NCBI GenBank assembly: GCA_033442325.1
Contig: JAWQFM010000004.1
Span: forward strand, 706,402-770,401
DNA from: Salpingoeca rosetta
Lineage: Eukaryota; Protista; Choanoflagellata
Length of the DNA stretch: 64,000 bases
Direction: 5' to 3'
The first letter of the stretch is position 1, and the number at the start of each line of letters is the position of its first letter. Below the pieces are notes generated by a model. The model had not been told where the DNA came from. It did not search any database and was given only the letters and a program-made list of their open reading frames with translations. A program made the position numbers and the translations under genes. Shown here piece after piece: positions 1 to 23,280 of this stretch.

Positions 1-78
1 ACACACCCACACCCACGCAAACATTCACAGAGACACACACACGCAAACATTCACACACAAGCACACACACGCACGTAC

Positions 79-188
79 CAGCCGGGAAGGGACTTGACGC
101 GGTCTGCTGGAACGGCTGCAAACGCAGCGCTTGCCAGCACCAGCACGGAGGCAACTGCCACCAGCATGGAGGTGCTCATCTTCATCAT
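79..188 (-). CDS. Serine carboxypeptidase (S10 family)-like, first exon; gene continues off the window
   Basis: Reads MMKMSTSMLVAVASVLVLASAAFAAVPADRVKSLPGW: a signal peptide plus the 'D.V.SLPG' start typical of S10 carboxypeptidases. GTACGT donor at 78. Confidence 0.65.
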
Positions 189-427
189 CCTCGGCGGCGT
201 CGTCGTTGTCGTCGTCGTCGTCTTGGTGAGAGAGAGAGAGAGGAGAGCGGTCGAATGAAAAATGGGAAGCTGTTGGTCGTGGTCGCAACAACAAACAACA
301 GCAGCGTGTTCAGTGTTGGAGGAACAACAAGTGGAGCGAGCGCGATTGTAGAAGATTACATAAAGTCTTACATTATATTTCGTCAATCCTGTCATCCGAG
401 CGCATTTGAGTTTGTGACCAACCCACG

Positions 428-1015
428 ATGCTGTTCCATGCCTTGGAGTGGTTGAACGCGCAGCGCATTGTGCTGGCGAGCGGATCGCCGCGTCGTTCAG
501 AGCTCTTGTCCATGCTGGTGCGTTCTCGCATCTGGGCCTGCGTGTGTGCATGCGTGCGCATGTGTGTGCATGTGTGTGCATGTGTGTGTGTGCATGTGTG
601 TGTGTGTGTGTGTGCGCGTGCGTGCGCACAAGCTGCTTACCTGTTCCTCACTTGCAGTAAACTGCATGGTCACATGCCCCACCTTCACGACCCGCGCTGT
701 GCGCTTCATTGCAGCGGCTGAGCTTCACGGTGAACAAATCGCAATTTGACGAAAAGTCGCTGAACAAGAGCGACTTTGCCACGCCGGCCGCCTTTGTACA
801 AACAAACGCACTGCGGAAGGCAGAGGAAGTTGCAGAACGCATGAAGAACGAATTTGATCTCATCATCGGTGCGTCGGCTGTTTGCAATGCACTGTCTGTC
901 TGCCCTGTCTTATGCGCTATGTTGTGCGCTGTGTTGTGGTGTGAGACGAAAACATGCGTAACAACGTCGTGTGTGCACCGCAAGCGTGTGTACCCACGGT
1001 GTGTGTGTGTGTGTG

Positions 1016-1061
<46 letters not shown>

Positions 1062-1829
1062 CCGCAATCCTCAGGCTCATTGCCTGTGCGTTGCTTGCTT
1101 GCTTGCTTGCTGGTGCAGGATCGGACACTGTCGTGGTTCAGGATGACCGCATCTTGGAGAAGCCAGAGTCAGATGAGGCCGTAAGGCGAAGTGTGTCGTG
1201 TGGTGTGTTTGTTTCTGTTTGTCTGTTTGTTTGTGCACGTGTTGAACATATGTATCCATGTCTTGATCGGAATTGACACCTCTGGCGTTCACATTCTGCT
1301 CATATTCCGCCTACACCTTGCCCACTCATTTCCAGGCGGCTGAGATGATCCGCCATCTTGCCGGGAAAACGCATTACGTCGCCACGGGCGTGGCCCTCAT
1401 CTTCCACAAAGGTCTGCACGCGAAGGAGGCAAAGTTGGTGTGGCGTGGTTGCTTGCTCTGCGTGCACTGGCTGTTTCGCTTATTTGGGACACACATTTCC
1501 TTTCATGCAGCGTCTCACCTTGTGCACGCGTCAACCGCACTGCGTTTTCGTCGCACCACCCGCTTCAACCTCTTGCCCTTCCCCTCTCTTTACTGTTCAG
1601 ACGGAGAGACGGTGCATGAGACGTTCTGCACACAGACGGACGTGACGTTTGCCCACCTGACCGACGAGGAAATCCGCGCCTACGTCGCAACAGGTTTGTA
1701 TTCATTTCGTGTGTGTGTGTGTGCGTGTGTGTGTGTGTGGCGATGAAATGGGGACGATTGTATGGAATGCACACGAGCGACCACAGCATCAGCCACCACT
1801 ACCACAAACACACACACACACACACACAT

Positions 1830-1887
<58 letters not shown>

Positions 1888-2052
1888 TTGTACAATGCAG
1901 GGGATGGGCACGACAAGGCTGGGGCGTATGGGATCCAGAGCTGCGCGGGGGCGCTGATCGAGAGCATTCAGGGCGACTACTACACGGTTGTTGGCCTCCC
2001 ACTGCACGCGCTATGTAAACGCCTTGTCGCTTGGGCAGATGGCAGCACGTGA
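428..2052 (+). CDS. Maf/YhdE-type nucleoside triphosphate pyrophosphatase (dTTP/UTP), 6 exons
   Basis: Exons 428-517, 715-868, 1119-1180, 1336-1411, 1601-1693, 1901-2052 join in phase. Motifs [40 protein letters not shown]. The R-T-Q signature points to the YhdE subtype. Confidence 0.92.
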
Positions 2053-2248
2053 TATGTGATACGATGGCACGGAATGAGGTGCGGGGAGGGGGGGGGGGGT
2101 TGAGTAAACTGGCTGAAGCGGGTTTGAATCAGAGCATGTCAGGTTGATGCAAGGCGAGAATGGAGTAAGGGTTGAGACTGAGGAAGAGACCTGAAAAGAG
2201 GAATCCGCGACACACACACACACACACACACACAGACACAGACACACA

Positions 2249-2348
2249 NNNNNNNNNNNNNNNNNNNNNNNNNNNNNNNNNNNNNNNNNNNNNNNNNNNN
2301 NNNNNNNNNNNNNNNNNNNNNNNNNNNNNNNNNNNNNNNNNNNNNNNN
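2249..2348. other. Assembly gap (100 N)
   Basis: Run of N flanked by (CA)n. Confidence 1.
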
Positions 2349-2385
2349 CACACGACACACGACGACACACGACGACACACGACAC

Positions 2386-2481
<96 letters not shown>

Positions 2482-2677
2482 ACACACAAAAAAACCAACT
2501 TCACAATCCGGACTCGAACCGCTGTCATCTCACTTTTATCCGCGCTGAGTGGGTGTTTGTTGTTGTTTGTTGCATGAGCGCCAACTGTGCTGTGCTTCGG
2601 ACAACACCTTTCCCTTCCCCAACTTACCCTCTCTGCTATCTCTGCTTGCCCTTCCCCCCTCTCCCCTGTCCAACACG

Positions 2678-14934
<12,257 letters not shown>

Positions 14935-15419
14935 TGTGATGGTGGTGGCTGTGAGCAGAGTGTTTGTGCTGTTGTGGTTTGCCTGTCTGTGCATATGTTT
15001 GCTTGGTGGTTGTGCGTTTACTGCTGCTGTTGTGAGGTTCATTTGAACACGTGTTTGTTATCTTCAGATCATTCCCCATTTCCGTGTCTGCTGTTCCTGT
15101 TACACTGGATGCATGTCACGATACGTTTTGTTTCTCTTCCAGCACGAAGCAGCGCCCGTTGTGGCCGTTCATGTTGTTGCTACCGTGGTTGCTGTAGTTG
15201 TTGATGGTGGTTTGAATTTGAACCATTCTCTTGACAGTACACGGTTCCACCACGCAGAACAGCAATACGAGAGGCGTGGTGGTGGGAGAACGAGGAGATG
15301 TCATGAAAGAAAGAAAGCAGGATAACACAAGCGAAATGCGTTCATTGCAGGCAGTGTCGTGCCACACACACAAACACAAACACAAACACAGACACAGACA
15401 CACACCACACACCACACAC

Positions 15420-15512
<93 letters not shown>

Positions 15513-15522
15513 CAACAGTACA

Positions 15523-16173
15523 TTATGGCGCCGGCGCCATGGTTGTCCAGTTGAACTTGAACATGTGTGGCATGCCCTGATGCGCAACGCCACTCCATTG
15601 CTCATCAAATACAAACGCAGGCACGTGCTCGTACGGCATGCCACTGATTGCGCGCACACGCTGCGCATTCACGTGCGAGTGATCGACGTTCTTGCTGTCG
15701 ATGCCACCAAACGCATACGGCCCGTTGGATTGCTGGTGCGGCAGTGATGCGTCGGGGAGATCACAGCGGGCTGAAATCTGGTTGCAAGGATTGCCCTTTG
15801 ACAGGGGATCGCGCTTGTAGTTGTTGGAGTTCATCAGCTTGCACATGCTGTCAATGTCGTACACCTGCAGGTTGAGGTGGAGGCCCAAGAAGGGTGGGGG
15901 GAGGGTGGTTGCATGCAGGCACGGTGGTTAGACACTGGAGAATGGGAGACAGAGGCGTGTGTGTGCGTGTGTGTATGGGGGTGGGGAGAAGGGTTGCGCA
16001 AGCATGCTCCAATGTGTCGGCAGGGGAAAGCGGAAGTTGGATTGGAAAGGAGCGCAATCAATCAAGCGTCATGCAGCAAGACAAACGAGCTCGCAGGCGC
16101 ACACCCAGCAAAACGGACAGAGGCGCAGGAGTGCACAAACAGGCACACGCACAAACGCACTGCTCCAATGGCA

Positions 16174-16210
<37 letters not shown>

Positions 16211-16387
16211 AAATGACCCTCAAACAGCACCTTGCCGTGATCGCGCCTAAAGATCTGTGCCCGTGGATCCGTGGTGTAGTTGAACCCGGCACGGCCATAT
16301 CCGGAGATGGCGAAGATGTCCTTGAAATACGGGATGTTGTATGACGGTATGTACCGCTGGCGCTCAAGCAGCGGCGTCACGTCCTCC
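15523..16387 (-). CDS. Phospholipase B-like (PLBD family), last two exons only; 5' part not found in window
   Basis: Exons 16387-16231 and 15864-15523 read EDVTPLLERQRYIPSYNIPYF...PRAQIFRRD...MNSNNYKRDPLS...ISARCDL...GGIDSK, matching PLBD1/2 C-terminal motifs. Confidence 0.85.
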
Positions 16388-16428
16388 CTGCATTTGTGGG
16401 AGGGGATACAGGTACCATTGCACATATT

Positions 16429-16558
<130 letters not shown>

Positions 16559-16698
16559 TGAGATGGGATGCAAGAGAAGAGCAATCACGCTAGGATTTGA
16601 GCACACACGCATTCAAAGACACACGCACACGCACACACACGCTTATACACATACACACATACACACGCGAGCATACACGTCCTCCGCCACTCACGGCC

Positions 16699-17665
16699 AT
16701 TGCGTTTGAGCCCAAGAAGCGAGCCCGCCGGCCCAGGTTGCATCTGGTCAACGACGGCGGCAACCGCCACCAGCCAGCCCCGCGCAGCAACGAGCAAGGG
16801 CTCAAGCGCGCGCGGCGAGACCTGCTCATCATCGCCACCCTCACCCTCGCCGTGCTGGTGTTCTGCGTACTTGGCTGCACTCTGCTGTGGACGGCGGACG
16901 CGAGCAAGTACACGGGCATTCGCCCAAACCAATACCGCACCGCCATCTTCGGCATGGCAGACATCTCCATCGTCGTCACCATCATTTTCATGGTGTGTGC
17001 GTGCGTGTGTGCGTGGACGTGTGAATGTATGCGTATACGTGTTGTACGTTCGCGCGTGGACGTGTGAATGTATGCGTATACGTGCTGTACGGTTTGTACT
17101 GCTCCTTGCTTTGCTTCCCCCTCCTCCCCTCATGTTCGACGCAACACCATCTTGCTCAACACATCTGACCATCATCTTTACCCCGCCCCGCCCCCACACA
17201 CACACGCCGCTTTCAGATGAACTACCTGACTGGAGATGGGACGTATGTGTGGTTGGCAGCCGTGCTCACGGGCACATATGGCATCCCGCTGTTGTACAAC
17301 TTTTACAACATTGTCGACCAGCTGCAAGAGGACGTGAAGAACAAGTTCCTCAAGCCAAACACCGTCATGCAGGTGTGTGTGTGTGTGTGTGTGTGCGTGT
17401 GTGTATGTGTGTGTTACTTGTATGGATGGCTAGTGGAGGATGAAACAAAGGTACGTTCCTGTTCCTCTCTTCACCTCCCTTGTATTCACACACACACATT
17501 CACACACATTCACACACACTATTTGACGCACGTGCGTATTACCGCGGTGCACTGCAGGTGAGCAGCGGGTCGTGGCTCCTGTTCTTCACCCACGCGGCCG
17601 TCCTCCTCAGCTGCGTCTGGCTCGCGCGCAGACCGGGCGAGAACGTCCGCAGGGGTGCTATGTGA
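16699..17665 (+). CDS. Small multi-pass (about 4 TM) membrane protein of unknown function, 3 exons; start codon anomalous
   Basis: Exons ~16699-16992, 17217-17372, 17558-17665 are in phase and encode four hydrophobic stretches. There is no in-frame ATG before the first TM segment; GCC-ATT-GCG sits at 16696-16704. Confidence 0.65.
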
Positions 17666-17669
17666 ATGT

Positions 17670-17716
<47 letters not shown>

Positions 17717-18408
17717 TTGTGTGTGTGTGTGTGTGTGATTGTGTGTGTATGTGTGTTTGTGTGTGATTGTGTGTGATTGTGTGTGATTGTGTGTGTAAAA
17801 GTCGTGTGTAGGTGTGTGTCTGTGTGTGTGCGTGTGCACGATTGCATGCCGGCTGTTTCATTTTGAGGTTCCGTTTCGTTAACACGCTGTGCTAAGCTGC
17901 GGATGCGCTGCATGCACACCGCATGCGCACTGCACGGACCATCGTGTCTCTCGATTCTTCTGCAGCGGGAGCGTGGTTGAATCTGCTCATCGCATCGGAC
18001 AACCCACGCCCGTCTGGTCTGTCCACCATCACTTTCCCCTTTTGATCCCGTGTGCCTCCAATCTTGTTTTTGCAGCTTCATGTCCCACCGCGCCTGTTTC
18101 TCGCTTTCTTTTCCCACGCGTTACTCATGATGATACAGTCACTGCGCACGTGCTCCAAGCGGGCAGCTGCTGCGTGTGCTGTGCTGTTGACCCTTGGTTC
18201 ACTGATAGTAAACTAATGCTTAAGATGAATGAATGTGGCGACAATGAGAATGGTGACGGTGATGGTGATGGTGATGATTGCAATAATTTTAATGGTGATG
18301 ATCACACAGCAAAGCACTGAGCAGTACACGGTCAAGGAGGGCATGAAGCGCGCCAATGACAACGCCACTGCTGTGACAACATCGCAGCCAACACACGCAC
18401 ACACAGCA

Positions 18409-20586
18409 TCATTCACCATCTCCAGCAACATGAGCACCGGGCATCACATCGGCTGCACCTTGCACCTCACTTCCCACACGCTGCATTGGCTCGCGCAGTT
18501 GCTCTCTGTCCAATCCCTCCTCCCCCTCCTTCCCCTTCGCGTCACTGTGTTCTTCTTCTTCCTCCCCCTCCTTCCCCTTCGCGTCACTGTGTTCTTCTTC
18601 TTCCTCCCCCTGCTTCTCTTCCCCTTGCTCTTGCTGCTTCTCTTTCCCTTGCTCCTGCTGCTGCGACAGCACGCGAGTGAGCGCTTCGTCGTGTGCGTGC
18701 ACTGCATCCAACGCGGCCTTGAGCCGATGCAGGCCAGGTTCATCGCGTGCCATCACCTGTAGCGTGGGCCCAAGCTCCTGGAACTCGACAAAGAGGTGTG
18801 GTGCCGCTGCCATTGCTCGCCACCGCTTCTCACGCTCCGCCCGCATTCGCTCGGACGCATTTTCATCCAACGGGGCTGCAAGAGGCGCCACGCTGCTCGC
18901 CCGCGTCACCGTCTCTCCTGCCACCACAGCCGCCGTTGTCATTCCCGTTGCTGACGTCCTTGAGTTGCGCGTTGTTTGCGGCTGCTGCTTTCCTTCGTTC
19001 TCCTCTTGCCCCTCTGCTCTCACCCCATCGTCCTGCACTTGCTCCTGTGCCCCCACCCCCAACTTGGCCCCACGTTCTTCGCCCGTCTGCTGCTGTGCGG
19101 TGCCTTCCTCTCGCACTTGCACCGGCACCACCACGTCCCTGAATGCGCCTGGTGCAAACACCATGCTTGGCTGTCTTCGGCTGCGACGGCGCCGATGCAC
19201 GTTGCCACCACCTCCACTTCCTCCACTACCACCGCCGTTACCATTGCTCGCATCACTGCGATTGCTCGCGTCACTGCAATTGCCGCCACTCGCACCACCC
19301 ATGCCACTGCCACGGCTGCCACTGCTGCTGCTGCTGGCGATGCTGGCACGGGAGGAGCGCTCGCGGATTGGCGGCGGTGGCACATACGGCGGTTGTGGGG
19401 GCGGCACGAAGAGGCGACACCGCGACTCGCGTGTCAGCGCAGTGAGCATGCCGCTTGCCGATATGTCAAGCGCGGTTGCTTCCGGAGGGATGACGCTTGC
19501 AGCACCGTAGAACTCCACCTTCCGCAGCATGCTGAGCAGGATGTCGTTGAACGTGCACGTCATCTTGTAGTGCTCCTCCGTGCTGCGTGACACGCACAGC
19601 CAGCGGGAGTGGCGCCGCTGACACCAGCGGGCCAACGCTTCGTGTGCCGGGTCGTCCAGAAACGCCTTTGCACGCTGCTCCACGTCGCGTGCGTGCTCTG
19701 GCACGTGCATGGTGCTGCCGCACGTGTCGACGGTCCGTGTGTCGATGGCGGCGGCATCCATGGCCGAGCGCAGGCTGCTCACGCGGTCGCGGTCAACCAG
19801 CAGGGAACACGAGAAGGGCGAGTTGTCCGCCACCACCTCAAACTCACGGGACCAGTGGTACATCACGTGCCGTGGTGATGCACTCACAAGCACCACCGCC
19901 TTTGTGGTGTCCATGGGTGCGCAGTACGCCAGACCGATGAGGGCGTGCACGACAACGTGGTGGCTCATGCGCTGCAGGGCATATGCGCACGCAACGTCGC
20001 CAACACCGTGGCCGATGGCGCCGGCCGGGTGCACGCCGAGCTCGCCCAGGTAGTCGACCATGCACACCTCCATGCCAACAACACGCAGCAGCATGTCAAG
20101 CAGGGCCTCGCGCTGCGACACCACGTCCTCATCGTCCTCGGCCGGCCACGTCAGAGACGACCATCTGCTGCTGTTGACGATGGTGTTGGGGTTGTTCTGA
20201 GGAGGCGGAGCATCAGATGTTGTGTCGCCTGGCTTTGCAGCTTCGAGGTCGGAGGCCTTGCTGCTAGTGGCGTCGCGGGTGGTGGTGTCGTGCTCCATAG
20301 CAGGGGTGCGTGTTTGTGCATCGTCGCTGCTTGCCGTGCGGATGTGCTCTGCAGTGAGGAGCTGTGGGAAAGGATTGAGCTGCGCACGGCGTGGGCACAC
20401 GTCCTTATATGCCTGCTGGAAGTTGTCGACAATGCGAGCGAACCGCGGGAGCTGCAGCAGCTGCCTTCCCGCATCGGACCACTCGCTGCCGAGACCGCCA
20501 AACACAAACCACACGGGGTCCTCTGGTGTCGTGGTCAGTGGCTTGGGTGGCGTTGTGCGTGGCTGGCTCATGGCTTGCTGCTCCAT
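18409..20586 (-). CDS. Stand-alone FAS/PKS acyltransferase (MAT/AT)-like domain lacking the catalytic Ser, with a low-complexity C-terminus
   Basis: PVWFVFGGLGSEW, GVHPAGAIGHGVGDVACAYA, RHSRWLCVS and VEFYGAASVIPPEATALDIS are collinear with the animal FASN MAT domain. Uninterrupted 725-aa ORF. Confidence 0.8.
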   Translation of the reverse strand: MEQQAMSQPRTTPPKPLTTTPEDPVWFVFGGLGSEWSDAGRQLLQLPRFARIVDNFQQAYKDVCPRRAQLNPFPQLLTAEHIRTASSDDAQTRTPAMEHDTTTRDATSSKASDLEAAKPGDTTSDAPPPQNNPNTIVNSSRWSSLTWPAEDDEDVVSQREALLDMLLRVVGMEVCMVDYLGELGVHPAGAIGHGVGDVACAYALQRMSHHVVVHALIGLAYCAPMDTTKAVVLVSASPRHVMYHWSREFEVVADNSPFSCSLLVDRDRVSSLRSAMDAAAIDTRTVDTCGSTMHVPEHARDVEQRAKAFLDDPAHEALARWCQRRHSRWLCVSRSTEEHYKMTCTFNDILLSMLRKVEFYGAASVIPPEATALDISASGMLTALTRESRCRLFVPPPQPPYVPPPPIRERSSRASIASSSSSGSRGSGMGGASGGNCSDASNRSDASNGNGGGSGGSGGGGNVHRRRRSRRQPSMVFAPGAFRDVVVPVQVREEGTAQQQTGEERGAKLGVGAQEQVQDDGVRAEGQEENEGKQQPQTTRNSRTSATGMTTAAVVAGETVTRASSVAPLAAPLDENASERMRAEREKRWRAMAAAPHLFVEFQELGPTLQVMARDEPGLHRLKAALDAVHAHDEALTRVLSQQQEQGKEKQQEQGEEKQGEEEEEHSDAKGKEGEEEEEHSDAKGKEGEEGLDREQLREPMQRVGSEVQGAADVMPGAHVAGDGE

Positions 20587-20726
20587 CTTTCTTTTGGACT
20601 TGGCTTGGTGGGATGCAGAGATCTGAGGGGGTATGAGGGAGGGAGATGAGGAGGGCGAGGAAGGGGAAGATGAGTGGGATCAGGCCACGCTGGGACACGA
20701 TGTGTGACAAGAGAAATGAAAGCAAG

Positions 20727-20795
<69 letters not shown>

Positions 20796-21090
20796 AGTGG
20801 AGTGGATGACCATGCTGTGACCTTAGGGTATTGTTCCCAGCATGCCGTGTTTGTTATGCCTGCTCGTAGAGGGGAGAACTAGGCGTCATTGTTCATCTAG
20901 GCAAGCCGTCGGTGCCTGTGCACGGGGCAGTCCGGATCACTGGGCGAGGACAGACGACAAGAGTCTAAGAGTGAAGACAGGTGAACGGGGGTGAGGGGGT
21001 GGGACGCAGTGGTGGAAAAGACGAACAATCCAACGGTGGTGTTCAAATCGATTGCGGCGAGTTGTGTTGTTTGTGGCCACTACAACCCTG

Positions 21091-22380
21091 ATGCAAATGA
21101 TGATGCGTCTCGCTCTGGCTCTCCTCCTTGTCGCGTGGAGCTGGGCGTTGATGGCAGATGTCCGCGGCGAGGCGGTCATCAAGGAAGATGATGCAGGAAG
21201 CATCCATATCAACACGAGCGATCCCGTGCGCGAGCCTGTCTTGGTGAACGGGATGAATGTGGCTGATATGTTTGAGACAGTCGCAGCGCAGCACAGCATG
21301 CTGGAGGAGTACAAGGCGACGGCGCACACGCAGCAGCGAATGATGGACGCGCAAGAGCAGACGCTTAATGCGCAGCAGGAGAAGATAGAGGCCCTCCGAG
21401 CTCAGGTGTGTCCCGCAAGGACATCCACGTTTGGGCAGCTTGTACAACTTGGTCCGTTTGGCTATAAGTGGCTTGGCGGTGTGGTTGCTGACAACGGCCT
21501 GATCTACGCTGCTCCTTTCAACTCGCCGTCCGTCCTCATCATCGACCCCAGCAACAACACGGTCGACACGACTACCATTTCCGGACTTGGAATAGACTCG
21601 GGTAAGTGGGCGGGCGCCGTCGTGGCGCACACCGGTCTCATCTACATGTTTGCAGCATCTGCGACGACCATGCTCATAGTGGACCCGAACACCAACGCTG
21701 CTGACACCAGCAGCATCACCTCACCCGGCCCTGGCAGTTTCAAATGGTTTAGTGGTGTGGCTGCTGACAACGGCCTCATCTTCGGTGTCCCCCACTTTGC
21801 GTCGTCCGTGCTGATCATCGATCCCGCCACGAATGGCACGGATATGACCACACTGTCTGGGTTCAGCGGAAGTGCCCAGTGGTATGGCGGCATCCAAGCG
21901 CCCAACGGCCTCATCTACTGCATTCCTGTCTCCGCTAACTCGGTCCTGATCATCAACCCCATGTCCCTCACCATGGACCAGACCACGATTCAAGGGCTGG
22001 AGACCACCCCCTATCAGTGGTACGGTGGTGCGCTTGCAAGGAACGGGCTGATCTACGGCATCCCGTCGATTGGGGTGTCGATGCTCATCATTGACCCAGC
22101 AACGAACGCGACAGACACGCTTGTGGCCGCTGCTGCAAGCTCATCCTCAAAGTGGGTTGGCGGTGTGCTTGCGCCCAACGGCAACATTATCGGCATCCCC
22201 TACAGCTCGCCACCAGGTGTGCTCATCTTCGATCCAACCACCAACGACATCGACACAACCACTCTGACCGGTTTTGACGGCATCAACCAGTGGGTCGATG
22301 GGGTGCTGGCTGGCAACGGGCTTGTGTATGGCATCCCATATGCTGCTGGTACCGTCCTCGTCATTGACCCTGGGTGTTGA
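21091..22380 (+). CDS. Secreted 7-repeat beta-propeller protein, paralogue 1 (intronless)
   Basis: Signal peptide, EDDAGSIHINTSDP..VNG motif, coiled coil, then seven ~46-aa repeats W.GGVLA.NGLIY.IP.....LIIDP, ending PGC*. Confidence 0.85.
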   Translation: MQMMMRLALALLLVAWSWALMADVRGEAVIKEDDAGSIHINTSDPVREPVLVNGMNVADMFETVAAQHSMLEEYKATAHTQQRMMDAQEQTLNAQQEKIEALRAQVCPARTSTFGQLVQLGPFGYKWLGGVVADNGLIYAAPFNSPSVLIIDPSNNTVDTTTISGLGIDSGKWAGAVVAHTGLIYMFAASATTMLIVDPNTNAADTSSITSPGPGSFKWFSGVAADNGLIFGVPHFASSVLIIDPATNGTDMTTLSGFSGSAQWYGGIQAPNGLIYCIPVSANSVLIINPMSLTMDQTTIQGLETTPYQWYGGALARNGLIYGIPSIGVSMLIIDPATNATDTLVAAAASSSSKWVGGVLAPNGNIIGIPYSSPPGVLIFDPTTNDIDTTTLTGFDGINQWVDGVLAGNGLVYGIPYAAGTVLVIDPGC

Positions 22381-22488
22381 TGTGTCTGTGTGTGTGTACG
22401 TGTATGTGTGTGTATGTGCGTGTGTGTATGTGCGTGTGTATGTGTGTGTGTGTGTGTGTATGTGCATGTGTGTGTGTGTGTGTATGTG

Positions 22489-22578
<90 letters not shown>

Positions 22579-22938
22579 TGTGTGTGTGTCTGTGTGTCTG
22601 TGTGTGTGTGTCCGTCCATGTGTCTGTCCGTTTGTCTGTGTCCATGTCCTTTGCGATCCCTTTGTCCCTTTGTCTCTTTGTCCCTTCCTTGAGATCATAC
22701 CCACTCAGCAACGCTGCTTGACCGCCCCCCCCCCGCCCCACCCCGTTGTCTTCGTATTCCCTTGTTACTCGCCAACCGGGCTTTGCTGGAGAACGACAGT
22801 AAACAACAACACAGCATGGAGTTGGCTGTGAGCCTCTAACGACGGGGAGCACAAACACACACACACACACACACACATACTCATAGGCATACTTACACAC
22901 GCCACACGCACACACACACATACTCTCACACATTCACA

Positions 22939-23014
<76 letters not shown>

Positions 23015-23163
23015 CATAGGAATCCAGTCGGCCCATTAGGATCTTACATCGGGTTGGTAACAACGTAAAGAATACGCTCATTTTATCCCATTCAACTCTT
23101 GAGAGCCAACATGTGGCACGGTGAAGCTGTCCCATCACACACACACACACTACTCACACACTA

Positions 23164-23243
<80 letters not shown>

Positions 23244-23280
23244 CATTTCTGCGACATCGCTCAAACCCAACAAACACAAG

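Noticed and set aside
189-427. Short head-to-head intergenic region (also 28182-28682 and 36955-37151) as a special regulatory feature
   Set aside because: Probably bidirectional promoters, but these are ordinary in compact genomes and no specific element could be supported.
16585-17205. Minus-strand ORFs as the missing phospholipase B exons
   Set aside because: No convincing PLB motifs or compatible donor; the + strand carries a well-formed spliced gene.
18677-20649. Long + strand ORFs opposite the AT-like gene
   Set aside because: Antisense shadows of a GC-rich CDS.
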